64,000 nt of DNA from Tyzzerella sp. (GTDB taxonomy: Bacteria > Bacillota > Clostridia > Lachnospirales > Anaerotignaceae): the NCBI GenBank assembly GCA_019415525.1, contig DXZA01000081.1:17882-81881 (forward strand), read 5' to 3'. Every line of letters starts with the position of its first letter. Position 1 is the first letter of the stretch. The position numbers were made by a program, and so were the translations under genes. Below the pieces are notes generated by a model that worked only from the letters and a program-made list of their open reading frames with translations, was not told the origin of the DNA and did no database searches. This document shows, piece by piece, positions 1 to 10,698 of this stretch.

Positions 1-13
1 TTACTCCACGCAT
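1..13 (-). CDS. possible 5' end of a D-aminoacyl-tRNA deacylase gene (only 4 codons, MRGV, lie in the window)
   Basis: ATG at 13 (minus) lies 5 nt after GGAGG, immediately downstream of the relA stop. relA-dtd adjacency and an MR.V N-terminus are typical, but the fragment is far too short to confirm. Confidence 0.25.
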
Positions 14-25
14 AAAAGCCTCCGT

Positions 26-2266
26 TTATGTTGTAACTCTTTCAATATCTCTTACACCTGCAATATTTTTAAGTCTTCTACTTATCTTTTCAAGCTGTTC
101 TTTACTTGAAATTTCAATAGTAACATTAAATATTGCTACAAGGTCTTTATTTGTTCTTGCATTAAGAGCCTTAACAAGTATACCTTCTTCAGAAAGAACT
201 CTTGATATATCAAATATAAGATTAACTCTTTCATCAGCAACTATTCTTATTTCAGCAAAATAAGAAACATCTTCATTTGCAGTTTGAGCCTTATCTGCCC
301 ATTCTGTTTCAACGAGTCTGTGTCTTTCGTCTTCAGTAAGATTTATAATATTTATACAATCAGTTCTGTGTACAGTAACACCTCTACCTTTTGTTACAAA
401 ACCAATTATTTCATCACCAGGTACAGGAGAACAGCATCTTGAAAACTTAACAGCAACATCTCCTATTCCTTTTACAATGACACCACTTTTACTTTTTTCA
501 GCTTTACCATTTTTAGCTCCATGAGCTTCCATTTTTTTAAGAAGGTCTTCAGCAGTTTGAGCTTTATTTTTCTCTTTCTGAAGTTCTTCTATAAAACGGT
601 TTACAACTTGACCTTCTTTGATACCACCATGACCAACACCGGCACAAAGAGCATCCCAATCTTTGTATACAAATTTACTTACAACTGTATCAACCCATTC
701 AGGTCTTATAAGTTCAGAAACTGTATAACCTTTTTTCTTTATATCTTTTTCAATAAGTTCTTTTCCTCGAATTATATTTTCTTCTTTAAACTCTTTCTTA
801 AACCACTGATTTATTTTTGTTCTTGCTTGAGAACTTTTTACAAGGTTAAGCCAATCTCTACTTGGACCTTTTGAGTTATTCGAAGTAATAATTTCTATAC
901 GGTCACCATTTTGAACTTTATAGTCAAAGTTTACAATTTTATTATTTACTCTTGCCCCTACCATTTTATTTCCAACAGCAGAATGTATCATATATGCAAA
1001 GTCAATAGGTGTAGAACCTTTAGGAAGACTTATAACATCTCCTCTTGGTGAAAAAGCATAAACTTGGTCATCAAATATATTAAGGTCTGTTTTTATAGTA
1101 TCCATAAATTCCTTATTATCTGACATATCCTTTTGCCATTCAAGGATTTGTCTAAGCCAAGTAAGTTTTGCTTCTTCTTTTGCAGAAGATTTTTCTCCAC
1201 CTTTACCTTCTTTATATTTCCAATGGGCAGCGATACCATACTCACTTGTACGATGCATATCCCATGTTCTTATCTGAATTTCAAAAGGTTCTCCCTCTGG
1301 GCCTATAAGTGTATTATGAAGTGACTGATACATATTAGGCTTTGGCATTGCTATATAGTCCTTAAACCTTCCAGGCATAGGCATATACATATCATGAACA
1401 ATACCTAAAACTGCATAACAATCTTTCACATTATCAACTATGGCACGAATAGCAAAAAGGTCATAAATTTGGTCAATAGTTTTATTTTGATTAACCATTT
1501 TTTTATAAATACTAAAGAAATGTTTACTTCTTCCATCAACCTTACCTTTTATTCCAGCCTCTTCCATTTTGGCCATAACATCATTTACTATTCTTCTTAC
1601 AAACTCTTCTCTTTCAGCTTTTTTATGTTCTATTTTGTGTGCTAAATCATAATATTCTGTAGGATTAAGATATTTAAAACAAAGGTCTTCCATTTCGGTT
1701 CTTATTTTACTAATACCTAATCTATGAGCCAATGGAGCATATATATCCATTGTTTCTTGTGCCTTTTCCCTTTGTTTTGCCTCAGTCATATAGTTAAGTG
1801 TACGCATATTATGAAGTCTGTCAGCAAGCTTTATAAGAATAACTCGTATATCCTTTGCCATAGCAAGGAACATTTTTCTATAATTCTCTGCTTGTATTTC
1901 TTCTTTTGACGCAGAATATGAAAGTTTACTAAGCTTTGTAACACCATCTACAAGTATAGCTATTTCTTCACTAAATAGATTTTTTATATCATCATAGGTA
2001 TATGGTGTATCTTCAATAGTATCATGAAGAATTCCCGCAACTATTGATTCCATATCAAGCTCAAGTTCCGCAAGTATATATGCAACTTTTAACGGATGAA
2101 TAATATAAGGCTCTCCGGAACGTCTTTTCTGGTCCTTGTGTGCATCTACCGCAAGTTTATAAGCCTTTTCTACCATAGTGAATTCCTTAGTAGGGTGATA
2201 AGTTTTTATCTTTTCAATCAACTGCTGATAAAGTTCTTCTTCTATTGGTATAGCCACAAAAATCAC
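26..2266 (-). CDS. relA: bifunctional (p)ppGpp synthetase/hydrolase, long RSH (RelA/SpoT)
   Basis: 746-aa ORF with HD hydrolase motif (IIHPLKVA...HDTIEDT), synthetase core (YQSLHNT, EIQIRTWDMH), and TGS and ACT-like C-terminal domains. The start is GTG at 2266, or GTG at 2257 behind a GGGGTG Shine-Dalgarno (SD) sequence. Confidence 0.95.
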   Translation of the reverse strand: MIFVAIPIEEELYQQLIEKIKTYHPTKEFTMVEKAYKLAVDAHKDQKRRSGEPYIIHPLKVAYILAELELDMESIVAGILHDTIEDTPYTYDDIKNLFSEEIAILVDGVTKLSKLSYSASKEEIQAENYRKMFLAMAKDIRVILIKLADRLHNMRTLNYMTEAKQREKAQETMDIYAPLAHRLGISKIRTEMEDLCFKYLNPTEYYDLAHKIEHKKAEREEFVRRIVNDVMAKMEEAGIKGKVDGRSKHFFSIYKKMVNQNKTIDQIYDLFAIRAIVDNVKDCYAVLGIVHDMYMPMPGRFKDYIAMPKPNMYQSLHNTLIGPEGEPFEIQIRTWDMHRTSEYGIAAHWKYKEGKGGEKSSAKEEAKLTWLRQILEWQKDMSDNKEFMDTIKTDLNIFDDQVYAFSPRGDVISLPKGSTPIDFAYMIHSAVGNKMVGARVNNKIVNFDYKVQNGDRIEIITSNNSKGPSRDWLNLVKSSQARTKINQWFKKEFKEENIIRGKELIEKDIKKKGYTVSELIRPEWVDTVVSKFVYKDWDALCAGVGHGGIKEGQVVNRFIEELQKEKNKAQTAEDLLKKMEAHGAKNGKAEKSKSGVIVKGIGDVAVKFSRCCSPVPGDEIIGFVTKGRGVTVHRTDCINIINLTEDERHRLVETEWADKAQTANEDVSYFAEIRIVADERVNLIFDISRVLSEEGILVKALNARTNKDLVAIFNVTIEISSKEQLEKISRRLKNIAGVRDIERVTT

Positions 2267-2366
2267 CCCTTTTCACTAAAAATAAAATTTATAAATAATA
2301 TTATAGTAATTACACAAAAATTTTTCAAGTATACTCTATACCAAAAACAGCTAAAATATTTAAAAA

Positions 2367-3581
2367 TTACTTATTTTCAAAATTAAGCAAGCCTCTATTA
2401 TATTTTACTTTAAGTATTCTTTCAACAGACTTATCAATTCTCTCTTCACTAATTGTACCATTTTTAACACTATTTAATATATAATTATATACAACATCCG
2501 GATTTTTTGGCATAAGAAAAATATCTATGTCTGCATCTATTCCATACTGTGCTATTTCTTCATCTGTATAATAATTAGTAATCGCTCCCATATCAAGAGC
2601 ATCTGTTATTACTATTCCATCAAACCCCATATAATCTCTAAGCATCTTGGAAATCATTGTTTTAGATAATGATGTAGGAAGATTTGATTTATCAACATTA
2701 GGTACTTTTATATGACTTGCCATAATAAAATCAACATCATTTTCTATCGCTTCCTCAAAAGGAATAAGTTCACAGTTTTCAAGCCTTGTTATATTATGTT
2801 CAACAAATGTTTCTGTTGTATGTGTATCTGTATATGTATCACCATGCCCTGGAAAGTGCTTCACACAAGAACTTACATTATTTTTTTGAAGTCCATTTAT
2901 GGCAGAAACAACAAACTCTGATACCACTTCCGGTGTACTTCCAAAGGCTCTATCACCTATAACTGTATTTTCAGGATTTGTATTTATATCAGCAACAGGT
3001 GCAAAATCCACATTAAAACCAAGTTCCAATATTTCTTTTGCAATTATACTCATATTGTTTTCTGCTTCATTAGGATTTCCACTTTGCCCCATTTGCTGTG
3101 CAGTAGGTATTTGTGGTGTATTTATATTTCCACTGTAATGAAGTCTTGATACTCTGCCACCTTCCTCATCAATCCCTACAAAAAGAGGTATTTCACTTTC
3201 ATTTTGTAAACTATCAATATACTCTTTCGTTTGTTCTTCTGTATCTATATTCTCACCAAAAAGTATTACACCTGATGGCTTTATATATTTGATATCAGAA
3301 ATAATATCATCATTTATTGAAGTAATACCATTATCTTGATTATCTCTTCTCCAAGCAAGCATAAACATTTGTCCTACTTTTTCTTCAATGGTCATATTAG
3401 AAATTAAATTTGATATATATTCATCTCTTATTTCACTAGATGTTTTTTCTGTATTATCATCCATATTTCCATCATAAAGTGTATACTCTTCAAATTTATC
3501 TTCTTGTCTTGGATTATATATATAGCTACAACCTGAAAGAATTAAAACTAACATAATAAAAGCAATAAATTTTTTCAACAA
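2367..3581 (-). CDS. glycoside hydrolase family 3 beta-N-acetylhexosaminidase-like lipoprotein
   Basis: 404 aa with a lipoprotein signal (LILSGC). GH3 NagZ-like motifs are present: GIDEEGGRVSRL and KHFPGHGDT. Confidence 0.85.
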   Translation of the reverse strand: MLKKFIAFIMLVLILSGCSYIYNPRQEDKFEEYTLYDGNMDDNTEKTSSEIRDEYISNLISNMTIEEKVGQMFMLAWRRDNQDNGITSINDDIISDIKYIKPSGVILFGENIDTEEQTKEYIDSLQNESEIPLFVGIDEEGGRVSRLHYSGNINTPQIPTAQQMGQSGNPNEAENNMSIIAKEILELGFNVDFAPVADINTNPENTVIGDRAFGSTPEVVSEFVVSAINGLQKNNVSSCVKHFPGHGDTYTDTHTTETFVEHNITRLENCELIPFEEAIENDVDFIMASHIKVPNVDKSNLPTSLSKTMISKMLRDYMGFDGIVITDALDMGAITNYYTDEEIAQYGIDADIDIFLMPKNPDVVYNYILNSVKNGTISEERIDKSVERILKVKYNRGLLNFENK

Positions 3582-3653
3582 ATCTCCTCCCTTTAAGATT
3601 ATATAAAAATTATATTATTTTTGAATTAAAAAGGCAATTACATATATTATTAA

Positions 3654-3682
3654 TTGCTTTACATGATTATTTACTATATAAT
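3654..3682 (+). promoter_or_regulatory. sigma-A-type promoter for the ttcA-like gene
   Basis: TTGCTT, 17-nt spacer, TATAAT, about 35 nt upstream of the ATG at 3717. Confidence 0.5.
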
Positions 3683-3716
3683 ATCTTGTAATAAAATTTA
3701 TGGAGGTATTTTTTTA

Positions 3717-4445
3717 ATGAAACTTCAAAGACTTTTAAGCTATGTAAGAAGAGCCGTTGATGACTATAATATGATAGAAGAAGGCGATAAAATTGCAATT
3801 GGTGTATCAGGTGGAAAAGACAGCCTTTGTCTTCTTATAGCATTAAAAACACTTCAAAGATTTTATCCAAAACACTTTGAAATCGAAGCAATAACAGTAT
3901 CTTTAGGACTTCCTGGAGCAAAATATGATGATGTTCGTGAACTTTGCAAAAGTATTGGTGTAAATTATACTGTTGTTGAAACAGATATAGGTCAAATTAT
4001 ATTCTATGAAAGAAAAGAAAAAAATCCTTGTTCTCTTTGTGCAAAAATGCGTAAAGGTGCATTAAACGATGCTGCTGAAAGACTTGGTTGCAACAAAGTT
4101 GCTCTTGGACATAATAAAGATGATGTTATAGAAACATTCTTCATGTCACTTTTCTACGAAGGCAGAATAAATACATTTGCACCTGTAAGTTATCTTGATA
4201 GAAAAAAACTTTACTCTATACGTCCTCTTATGTATGTACCTGAGTACGAAGCAAAAAGTTTTGTTACAAAAAGCGGCATTAATATAGTTAAAAATCCTTG
4301 CCTTGTTGATGGAAATACAAAACGTCAAGAAACTAAAGAATTTATAGCTTCAATATCTAAAAACTATGATAACCTTCCTGAAAAGGTATTTGGTGCTATA
4401 CAACGTTCATACCTTAAAGGCTGGGAAAAACCTGAGAAAAAATAA
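3717..4445 (+). CDS. PP-loop ATPase, TtcA-family tRNA 2-thiocytidine biosynthesis protein
   Basis: SGGKDS PP-loop, CSLCAKMRKG and GHNKDD motifs. I chose the ATG at 3717, behind a GGAGG, rather than the TTG at 3654 used by the ORF track. Confidence 0.85.
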   Translation: MKLQRLLSYVRRAVDDYNMIEEGDKIAIGVSGGKDSLCLLIALKTLQRFYPKHFEIEAITVSLGLPGAKYDDVRELCKSIGVNYTVVETDIGQIIFYERKEKNPCSLCAKMRKGALNDAAERLGCNKVALGHNKDDVIETFFMSLFYEGRINTFAPVSYLDRKKLYSIRPLMYVPEYEAKSFVTKSGINIVKNPCLVDGNTKRQETKEFIASISKNYDNLPEKVFGAIQRSYLKGWEKPEKK

Positions 4446-4463
4446 TAAAGAGGTGAAAACAAT

Positions 4464-5528
4464 ATGGCAGATTATTTTGAAGAACAAAAACAAAAATATA
4501 CTCTACAACTCAGAGAACTTATAAAAAGTCTGCCTCCTTTTGCAGATGAATTCTTTAGAGGTATATCCCTTACAACATCTGTTAAAACAAGATTTGGATA
4601 TGCCCATGACCTTAGAATATTTTTTAATTATATACTTGAATATATGGAAGAGTTTGAATATAAAACAATGAATGATTTAACTATTTCTGACCTTGATACA
4701 ATACAATCTGAGGATATAGATAAATTTATGGAATATCTTTCATATTATACAAAGCACGACCCTAAAAATGTTACCGTTGAATTAGAATTTCAAAACGATG
4801 AACATGGTAAGGCAAGAAAACTGGCTGCAATACGTTCACTTTATAAATTTTTCTATAAAAAGAAAAAAATAAAAGCAAATCCAGCTTCAATAGTTGATAT
4901 TCCAAAAATACATGAAAAAGCTATTGTACGTCTTGATGTTGATGAGGTTGCAGAACTTCTTGATGAAATCGAATCTGGAGAAAATCTTACAAAAAGACAA
5001 CAAAAATTTCATGAAAAACTTAAAGTACGAGATTTGGCTCTTGTAACATTATTATTAGGAACAGGAATGCGTGTTTCAGAATGTGTTGGAATAAATATTG
5101 ATGATATAGACTTTAAACAAAACGGTGTAAAAGTTACAAGAAAAGGCGGAAACCAAGTAATACTTTATTTTGGTGAAGAAGTAAAAGAAGCACTTTTAAA
5201 TTATATAGATGAAAGAAATAAGGGCTTGGCAAAAACAAAAGATGAAACTGCACTTTTTCTATCAAATAGAGGAACAAGAATAACTGTACGTGCTGTTCAA
5301 AATCTTGTTAAAAAATATTCTCAAATAATAACAAAGGTTAAAAATATTACTCCCCACAAATTAAGAAGTACATATGGTACAAATCTTTATCAAGAAACAG
5401 GAGATATATATCTTGTTGCTGATGTTTTAGGACATGCTGATGTAAATACAACAAAGAAACATTATGCTGCAATAGAAGAAGCAAGAAGAAGAAGTGCTGC
5501 AAAAAAAATCAAACTTAGACGAGATTAA
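4464..5528 (+). CDS. tyrosine site-specific recombinase, XerC/XerD family
   Basis: 354 aa with the catalytic signature R (GTGMRVSE), HxxR (HKLRSTYGT) and H...Y (LGHADVNTTKKHY). No flanking mobile-element genes. Confidence 0.85.
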   Translation: MADYFEEQKQKYTLQLRELIKSLPPFADEFFRGISLTTSVKTRFGYAHDLRIFFNYILEYMEEFEYKTMNDLTISDLDTIQSEDIDKFMEYLSYYTKHDPKNVTVELEFQNDEHGKARKLAAIRSLYKFFYKKKKIKANPASIVDIPKIHEKAIVRLDVDEVAELLDEIESGENLTKRQQKFHEKLKVRDLALVTLLLGTGMRVSECVGINIDDIDFKQNGVKVTRKGGNQVILYFGEEVKEALLNYIDERNKGLAKTKDETALFLSNRGTRITVRAVQNLVKKYSQIITKVKNITPHKLRSTYGTNLYQETGDIYLVADVLGHADVNTTKKHYAAIEEARRRSAAKKIKLRRD

Positions 5529-5541
5529 AAGAAGTGATATT

Positions 5542-6171
5542 ATGAATTCAAATAAAATAAAAAATATATTTTCAAACTATTTACCACAAATAGAGGGAAC
5601 TTATTTAAAAAGTTCTGTTATGGTACTTCTTTTTGAAAAAGAAGATGGTTTTCATGTACTTTTCAATAAACGTTCATTTAAACTTAAACATCAACCAGGG
5701 GATATATGCTTTCCTGGTGGACGTCAAGAAGAAAATGAAACTCCAATTGAAACTGCATATAGAGAAGTATATGAAGAGCTTGGAATAAATAGAAGTAATA
5801 TAGAAATTATAGGTAAATCTGATACAATAGTAACAACAGGTAGAGGTGTAATAACACCATTTATAGGTATTGTAAAAAATATAAATATAGAAGATGTAAA
5901 ATACAGTACTGATGAAGTAGAAAATATATTTACTGTACCACTTTCATTCTTTTTCGAAACTCAACCTGATGTATATTCTATGTCTTTTGAACCTATACTC
6001 CCTGATAATTTTCCATACCATCTTATTGTAAATGGTGAAAATTATAAATTTGTAAAAACTTCAGTTACACATTTCTTTTATAAATATAAAGACTATGTTA
6101 TATGGGGTATAACAGCAAAAATAATTTCAAATATTATAGATATAATAAAAAAAGAAAAAACTGTCATATAA
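5542..6171 (+). CDS. Nudix hydrolase (CoA pyrophosphatase-like)
   Basis: Nudix box GGRQEENETPIETAYREVYEELGI. The ATG at 5542 is preferred over the upstream start that overlaps the recombinase gene. Confidence 0.8.
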   Translation: MNSNKIKNIFSNYLPQIEGTYLKSSVMVLLFEKEDGFHVLFNKRSFKLKHQPGDICFPGGRQEENETPIETAYREVYEELGINRSNIEIIGKSDTIVTTGRGVITPFIGIVKNINIEDVKYSTDEVENIFTVPLSFFFETQPDVYSMSFEPILPDNFPYHLIVNGENYKFVKTSVTHFFYKYKDYVIWGITAKIISNIIDIIKKEKTVI

Positions 6172-6189
6172 AAATATGACAGTTTTATT

Positions 6190-7128
6190 TTATTTCTTTT
6201 TAAATTCTTGTTTTCTCTTATAATCAGCTTCTTTTTTGGCTCTTTCTTCTTCTGCTTTTCTTTCGTTCATATTTTTAATATCTTCTGGAAGTTCAAGTGT
6301 TATTTTTCCAAGCTTTCCACCTCTGAACTCGTCCATAAGAATTTTAGCAGTTCTTTCAAAGTCTACTTCTCCGCCTCTTATTTTAAAACCTCTTTTTTCT
6401 CCTATCTTAGCAAGAATTTCATGCGGTTCATCTATTGAGTCAAACTCTATATTATAACGTTTTCTTATGCAATCAGCATCAACAGACATCATAAGATTTA
6501 TAAATTCTACACCCATTGTCTGTATATCAAGAATATCATCATTTATAGCACCTGTAAAAGCAAGTTTAAGACCTACTTCTTTATCTTCAAACTTAGGCCA
6601 AAGTATTCCTGGAGTATCAAGAAGTTCAAAATCTTTTTTTATTCTTATCCATTGTTTTCCTCTTGTAACCCCTGGTTTATCTCCCGTTTTTGCAGTTGTT
6701 TTACCAACATATTTATTTATAAACGTTGATTTACCAACATTTGGAATACCTGCAATCATACTTCTTATAGGTACAAATATTCTACCTCTTGCTTTTTGCT
6801 TTTCTATTTTTTCTTTCATAAGTTCTTTTGCAGCATTTGTAACTTCTGAAATACCTGTACCTTTTATAGCATTAACCAAAACAACTTTAAATCCTTTTTC
6901 CTCAAAGTATTTTGTCCATATGGCTGTTGATTTTTCATCAGCAAGGTCACATTTATTCATTACTACAATTCTATATTTATTTTTAGCAAGTTCATCAATA
7001 TCAGGATTTTTACTACTATATGGAATTCTTGCATCAAGAAGCTCAATAACAACATCAACAAGAGATATATTCTCCTGCATCATTCTTCTTGTTTTTGTCA
7101 TATGCCCTGGATACCATTGTATATTCAT
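6190..7128 (-). CDS. rbgA: ribosome biogenesis GTPase A (YlqF/RbgA)
   Basis: The N-terminus MNIQWYPGHM is typical, with circularly permuted GTPase motifs (NKCDL ... GIPNVGKST ... DTPG). Confidence 0.92.
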   Translation of the reverse strand: MNIQWYPGHMTKTRRMMQENISLVDVVIELLDARIPYSSKNPDIDELAKNKYRIVVMNKCDLADEKSTAIWTKYFEEKGFKVVLVNAIKGTGISEVTNAAKELMKEKIEKQKARGRIFVPIRSMIAGIPNVGKSTFINKYVGKTTAKTGDKPGVTRGKQWIRIKKDFELLDTPGILWPKFEDKEVGLKLAFTGAINDDILDIQTMGVEFINLMMSVDADCIRKRYNIEFDSIDEPHEILAKIGEKRGFKIRGGEVDFERTAKILMDEFRGGKLGKITLELPEDIKNMNERKAEEERAKKEADYKRKQEFKKK

Positions 7129-7143
7129 ATTAAAATCACCTCT

Positions 7144-7695
7144 TTAATTAAAAAATTCTATACTATCAAAAGGGTATAATCTTATAAAAACCTTACCCAT
7201 TATATCTTCTTGTTCAATATCACCTATTTTTTCAGTACGACTATCTGAGCTTGCATTCCTATTATCACCCATTACAAAATAAGAATTTTCAGAGACTACA
7301 TAAGGATATTCTATATCACCTGTTTGTTGTATAGGCTCCATTATATAATCTTCTTCATAAAGCTCTCCATTTATATATAAATCATATTTCAAGTCATAAC
7401 TTTCTTCATCTTCCACAAACTCAATAGTATCACCTGGTAAACCAATAACTCTTTTTATAAGAAGTTCTTCACTTCCATCATAATTACAAACTATAATATC
7501 TCCTCTTTCAGGTTCAATAAATTTATATAGTTTATTTATACCTACAAAGTCATAGTGTAAAAATGTAGGCTCCATTGATTCACCTTTTATTCTAACAGTT
7601 CCAAATATTTGAAGAATAATTATAACAATAACAGCGAATATAATAAAAAGTCTATTTTCTCTTAATTCTTTTTTTATTTTATCTAGCAAATACAC
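7144..7695 (-). CDS. lepB: signal peptidase I
   Basis: N-terminal TM segment with S26 motifs GESMEPT, KRVIGLPGD and GDNRNASSDSR. Confidence 0.9.
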   Translation of the reverse strand: MYLLDKIKKELRENRLFIIFAVIVIIILQIFGTVRIKGESMEPTFLHYDFVGINKLYKFIEPERGDIIVCNYDGSEELLIKRVIGLPGDTIEFVEDEESYDLKYDLYINGELYEEDYIMEPIQQTGDIEYPYVVSENSYFVMGDNRNASSDSRTEKIGDIEQEDIMGKVFIRLYPFDSIEFFN

Positions 7696-7722
7696 TCACC
7701 TACCTAAAAAACGGTAAATTTT

Positions 7723-7750
7723 AAGGGTACTGAAAAAATTCAGTACCCTT
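7723..7750. terminator. hairpin between rplS and lepB (weak terminator or processing hairpin)
   Basis: AAGGGTACTGAA/TTCAGTACCCTT is a 12-bp perfect stem. Neither strand has a clean U-run directly after it. Confidence 0.45.
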
Positions 7751-7761
7751 ATCAATTTTAA

Positions 7762-8106
7762 TTATTTTAAAACTTCTTTAACTTTAGCTGCTTTGCCAAC
7801 TCTATCTCTTAAGTAGTAAAGTTTAGCACGTCTTACAATACCACGTCTTACAAGTTCGATTTTTTCGATTCTTGGAGAGTGTACTGGCCATGTTCTTTCA
7901 ACACCTACACCAGAAGCAATTCTTCTTACTGTAAATGTTTCTTTTAAACCACCATTCTGTCTTTTGATAACAACACCTTCAAAAGTCTGAATTCTTTCTC
8001 TTGTTCCTTCAACAACTTTTGCATGTACACGAACTGTGTCACCAACATTAAAAGGAGTTATTTCTGATTTTAACTGTTCATTTTCTAATTCTCTAATTAT
8101 ATCCAT
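7762..8106 (-). CDS. rplS: 50S ribosomal protein L19
   Basis: [13 protein letters not shown]...[10 protein letters not shown]...RRAKLYYLR is a typical L19. The ATG at 8106 lies behind GGAAGGAGG, and the track's longer ORF is an upstream extension. Confidence 0.95.
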   Translation of the reverse strand: MDIIRELENEQLKSEITPFNVGDTVRVHAKVVEGTRERIQTFEGVVIKRQNGGLKETFTVRRIASGVGVERTWPVHSPRIEKIELVRRGIVRRAKLYYLRDRVGKAAKVKEVLK

Positions 8107-8217
8107 TTTGAGTTTCCTCCTTCCCTCAAAGACATTCTTAACACAAACCTTTATTGCATCAGAGGACTGTCCGTACTCACAGGTCATTATTATAACATCA
8201 CTTATAATATTTTGCAA
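8107..8217 (-). promoter_or_regulatory. rplS promoter plus about 80-nt 5' leader (possible L19 autoregulatory leader)
   Basis: TTGCAA (8212-8217), 17 nt, TATAAT (8189-8194) on the minus strand. The leader has a GC-rich hairpin (CUGU..ACAG). L19 leaders are known in Firmicutes, but I cannot verify the motif from memory. Confidence 0.45.
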
Positions 8218-8247
8218 TATATTTTTTTACAAAATATCAATAAAATT

Positions 8248-8760
8248 TTAATAATTTATTATTGAATTTACAGTATATCCTGAAAGCACTTCTCTGCCTT
8301 TAAGGTCATTAAGTTCTATAAGGAATGTAAAAGAAGAAACTACTCCACCCATTTCTTCAACAAGCTCAGCAACAGCTTTTGCTGTCCCACCTGTTGCAAG
8401 AAGGTCATCAATTATAGCAACTCTTGTTCCTTTGCTTATTGCGTCTTCATGAATTTCTATTGTAGCTGTACCATATTCAAGAGAATATTCTTTACTTCTT
8501 ACACTTGCAGGAAGTTTTCCTTTTTTTCTAACAGGAACAAAACCTTTTTTAAGGTTATATGCAACAGGCATACCAAATATAAAGCCTCTTGATTCTGGTC
8601 CTAATATAATATCAAAATCGTCAGGATTAAGGCATTTTGTAATTTCATCAACAGCATAAGGCATTGCTTCATTATCCTTTAAAAGTGTTGTTATATCTCT
8701 GAAAATTATACCTTTTTCAGGAAAATCTACAATATCTCTTATTTTTGATTTTAAATCCAT
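8248..8760 (-). CDS. apt: adenine phosphoribosyltransferase
   Basis: 170 aa with PRPP-binding motif VAIIDDLLATGGT. Confidence 0.95.
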   Translation of the reverse strand: MDLKSKIRDIVDFPEKGIIFRDITTLLKDNEAMPYAVDEITKCLNPDDFDIILGPESRGFIFGMPVAYNLKKGFVPVRKKGKLPASVRSKEYSLEYGTATIEIHEDAISKGTRVAIIDDLLATGGTAKAVAELVEEMGGVVSSFTFLIELNDLKGREVLSGYTVNSIINY

Positions 8761-8780
8761 AAAATTTTTTCCTCCTAAGT

Positions 8781-10562
8781 TTATACACTATATCTTAAAT
8801 CTTTAACATTAATCTGAACTGATTTTTTACCATTATATTCATTTATACTTATTGAGTATATTATATCTAAATAAATATCAGCACGATTTCCGTTTAGTAT
8901 TCTATCACAGATTTCATCTCCATACAAATGTTTTGTTTGTTTTACAAAATCATCAAAACAATCAAATGATATTCCATTTATTCTTTCTCCAAAAGTACCT
9001 GTTTTAAACATAAATTTAATTATATTTTTTTCTTTTCCTATAAGATATATTTTTTCTACCAAAACTTTTTTCGAACCAAAAAGAGGAGAAGGATTTTCTT
9101 TTCCAAAAGGTGCAAGTATATTTAATTCTTCTGCAATATTCATATTTATATCATCTATATCAAGTTGTTTTTCTATTTTTATAACAGGTGTAAGGTCTTC
9201 TTTAGTAAGTTTGGAATTTTCATTTAACATATTTCTTAATAAATCTATGTTTTCTTTTTTAAGAGATAATCCTGCTGCCATAGGGTGACCACCAAATTTT
9301 GTGAAAAGTTCTTTGCATTTAAGAAGCTCTTCAAATATATTATAACTTTCGATACTTCTTCCAGAACCTTTTGCAATATGTTCATCTTCTGTATTAGTTA
9401 TAACAATTACAGGTTTATAAAATCTTTCTTTTATTCTTCCTGCAACTATACCAGCAATACTTTCATGTATCTCTTCATTGTATACTACAAGCACATCATC
9501 ATTTTTAAGAGAAGTATTTTCAATATTTTCAATCGTTTCTTGGGCAGCCTTTATTGTAAGGTCTTTTCTTTCACCATTAAGATAAAAAAGTTTTTTTGCA
9601 AGGTCATATGCTTTTTCTATATCTTCCTCTATAAAAAGCTCTACTGAAAGTTTAGCATTTTCAAGTCTTCCTGTTGCATTTATACAAGGTCCTATTATAA
9701 AACCTATATGATATTCATTTATTTTTTTATCTGAAAGGTCACATATATGTATAAGAGCTTTTAAGCCTTTATTTTTAGTATTATTAATAATATTAAGTGA
9801 ATTTTTTACTATTATTCTATTCTCAGATAAAAGGTCTACTATATCGCATATTGTAGCTATACCTGCAAATGTAATATATTCATCTGCTTTTTTAGTTTCA
9901 ATATTCATATGTTCAAAAAGATACATTATAAATCTATATGCAAGACCTCCTGCACACATCTTTTTAAAACCATATTCACAATCTTTTTGTTTAGGGTCTA
10001 TTATAGCATCAGCACAAGGTAAAATATCTTTTCTATTTTCATCAAAAGCTGGCTCATGGTGGTCCAAAATAACAACTGTCATACCAAGTTCTTTTGCTAA
10101 CTTTATTTCATCAAAAGCAGCTATACCATTATCGCAAGTAAAAATAGTATCAATACCATTTTCATATAATTTATTTATAGCATCTATATTAAGTCCATAG
10201 CCTTCTTTTTGTCTATCTGGTGTATAATATGTTACATTTCCGCCACATTCTTTTATTCCACTATACAGTATAACTGTACTCATAACACCATCAACGTCAT
10301 AATCACCATATACAGCTATTTTTTTACCACTTTTAATTTTTTCACTTATAATAGCAAGACTTTTATTCAAGTCTTTCATACAAGATATATCTGAAAAACC
10401 ATCTAAATCACAATTTATAAAATTTATTGCATCAGTATATGTTCCTATACCTCTATTAGCCATTACACAAGCTGTAATATCACTTATACCTAATGCATTA
10501 CCCATTTTTTTTAAGTCAACTTTATTTCTTTTAAGAACCCATCTTTTCAAATTACTCACCAC
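8781..10562 (-). CDS. recJ: single-stranded-DNA-specific exonuclease RecJ
   Basis: DHH motifs (DYDVDG, DHH as LDHHEP) and DHHA1 (GGHPMAAG). The start is GTG at 10562, or TTG at 10553 behind AGGTGGTG. Confidence 0.92.
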   Translation of the reverse strand: MVSNLKRWVLKRNKVDLKKMGNALGISDITACVMANRGIGTYTDAINFINCDLDGFSDISCMKDLNKSLAIISEKIKSGKKIAVYGDYDVDGVMSTVILYSGIKECGGNVTYYTPDRQKEGYGLNIDAINKLYENGIDTIFTCDNGIAAFDEIKLAKELGMTVVILDHHEPAFDENRKDILPCADAIIDPKQKDCEYGFKKMCAGGLAYRFIMYLFEHMNIETKKADEYITFAGIATICDIVDLLSENRIIVKNSLNIINNTKNKGLKALIHICDLSDKKINEYHIGFIIGPCINATGRLENAKLSVELFIEEDIEKAYDLAKKLFYLNGERKDLTIKAAQETIENIENTSLKNDDVLVVYNEEIHESIAGIVAGRIKERFYKPVIVITNTEDEHIAKGSGRSIESYNIFEELLKCKELFTKFGGHPMAAGLSLKKENIDLLRNMLNENSKLTKEDLTPVIKIEKQLDIDDINMNIAEELNILAPFGKENPSPLFGSKKVLVEKIYLIGKEKNIIKFMFKTGTFGERINGISFDCFDDFVKQTKHLYGDEICDRILNGNRADIYLDIIYSISINEYNGKKSVQINVKDLRYSV

Positions 10563-10698
10563 CTATAAAATATTATATATTACATATCATTAATGTTCAA
10601 ATCTGTTTTTTATGTACATGTAATAAATTGTATGATAAAATTATGAAACAAAATAATATTTAAAAACGTCATAAAAATGAAAAGGAGGAATTTATAAA

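Noticed and set aside
4464-5528. The tyrosine recombinase as a marker of an integrated mobile element.
   Set aside because: Its neighbours are housekeeping genes (a TtcA-like gene and a Nudix gene). I saw no phage, IS or conjugation genes, no flanking direct repeats and no tRNA target. It looks like a chromosomal Xer-type recombinase.
6467-7147. 226-aa plus-strand ORF, with shorter ones at 6208-6457, lying antisense inside rbgA.
   Set aside because: It overlaps a GTPase gene with clear motifs along its whole length. It has low-complexity Ser/Ile/Phe-rich composition, no RBS and no recognisable domain. This is a typical shadow ORF of a codon-biased gene.
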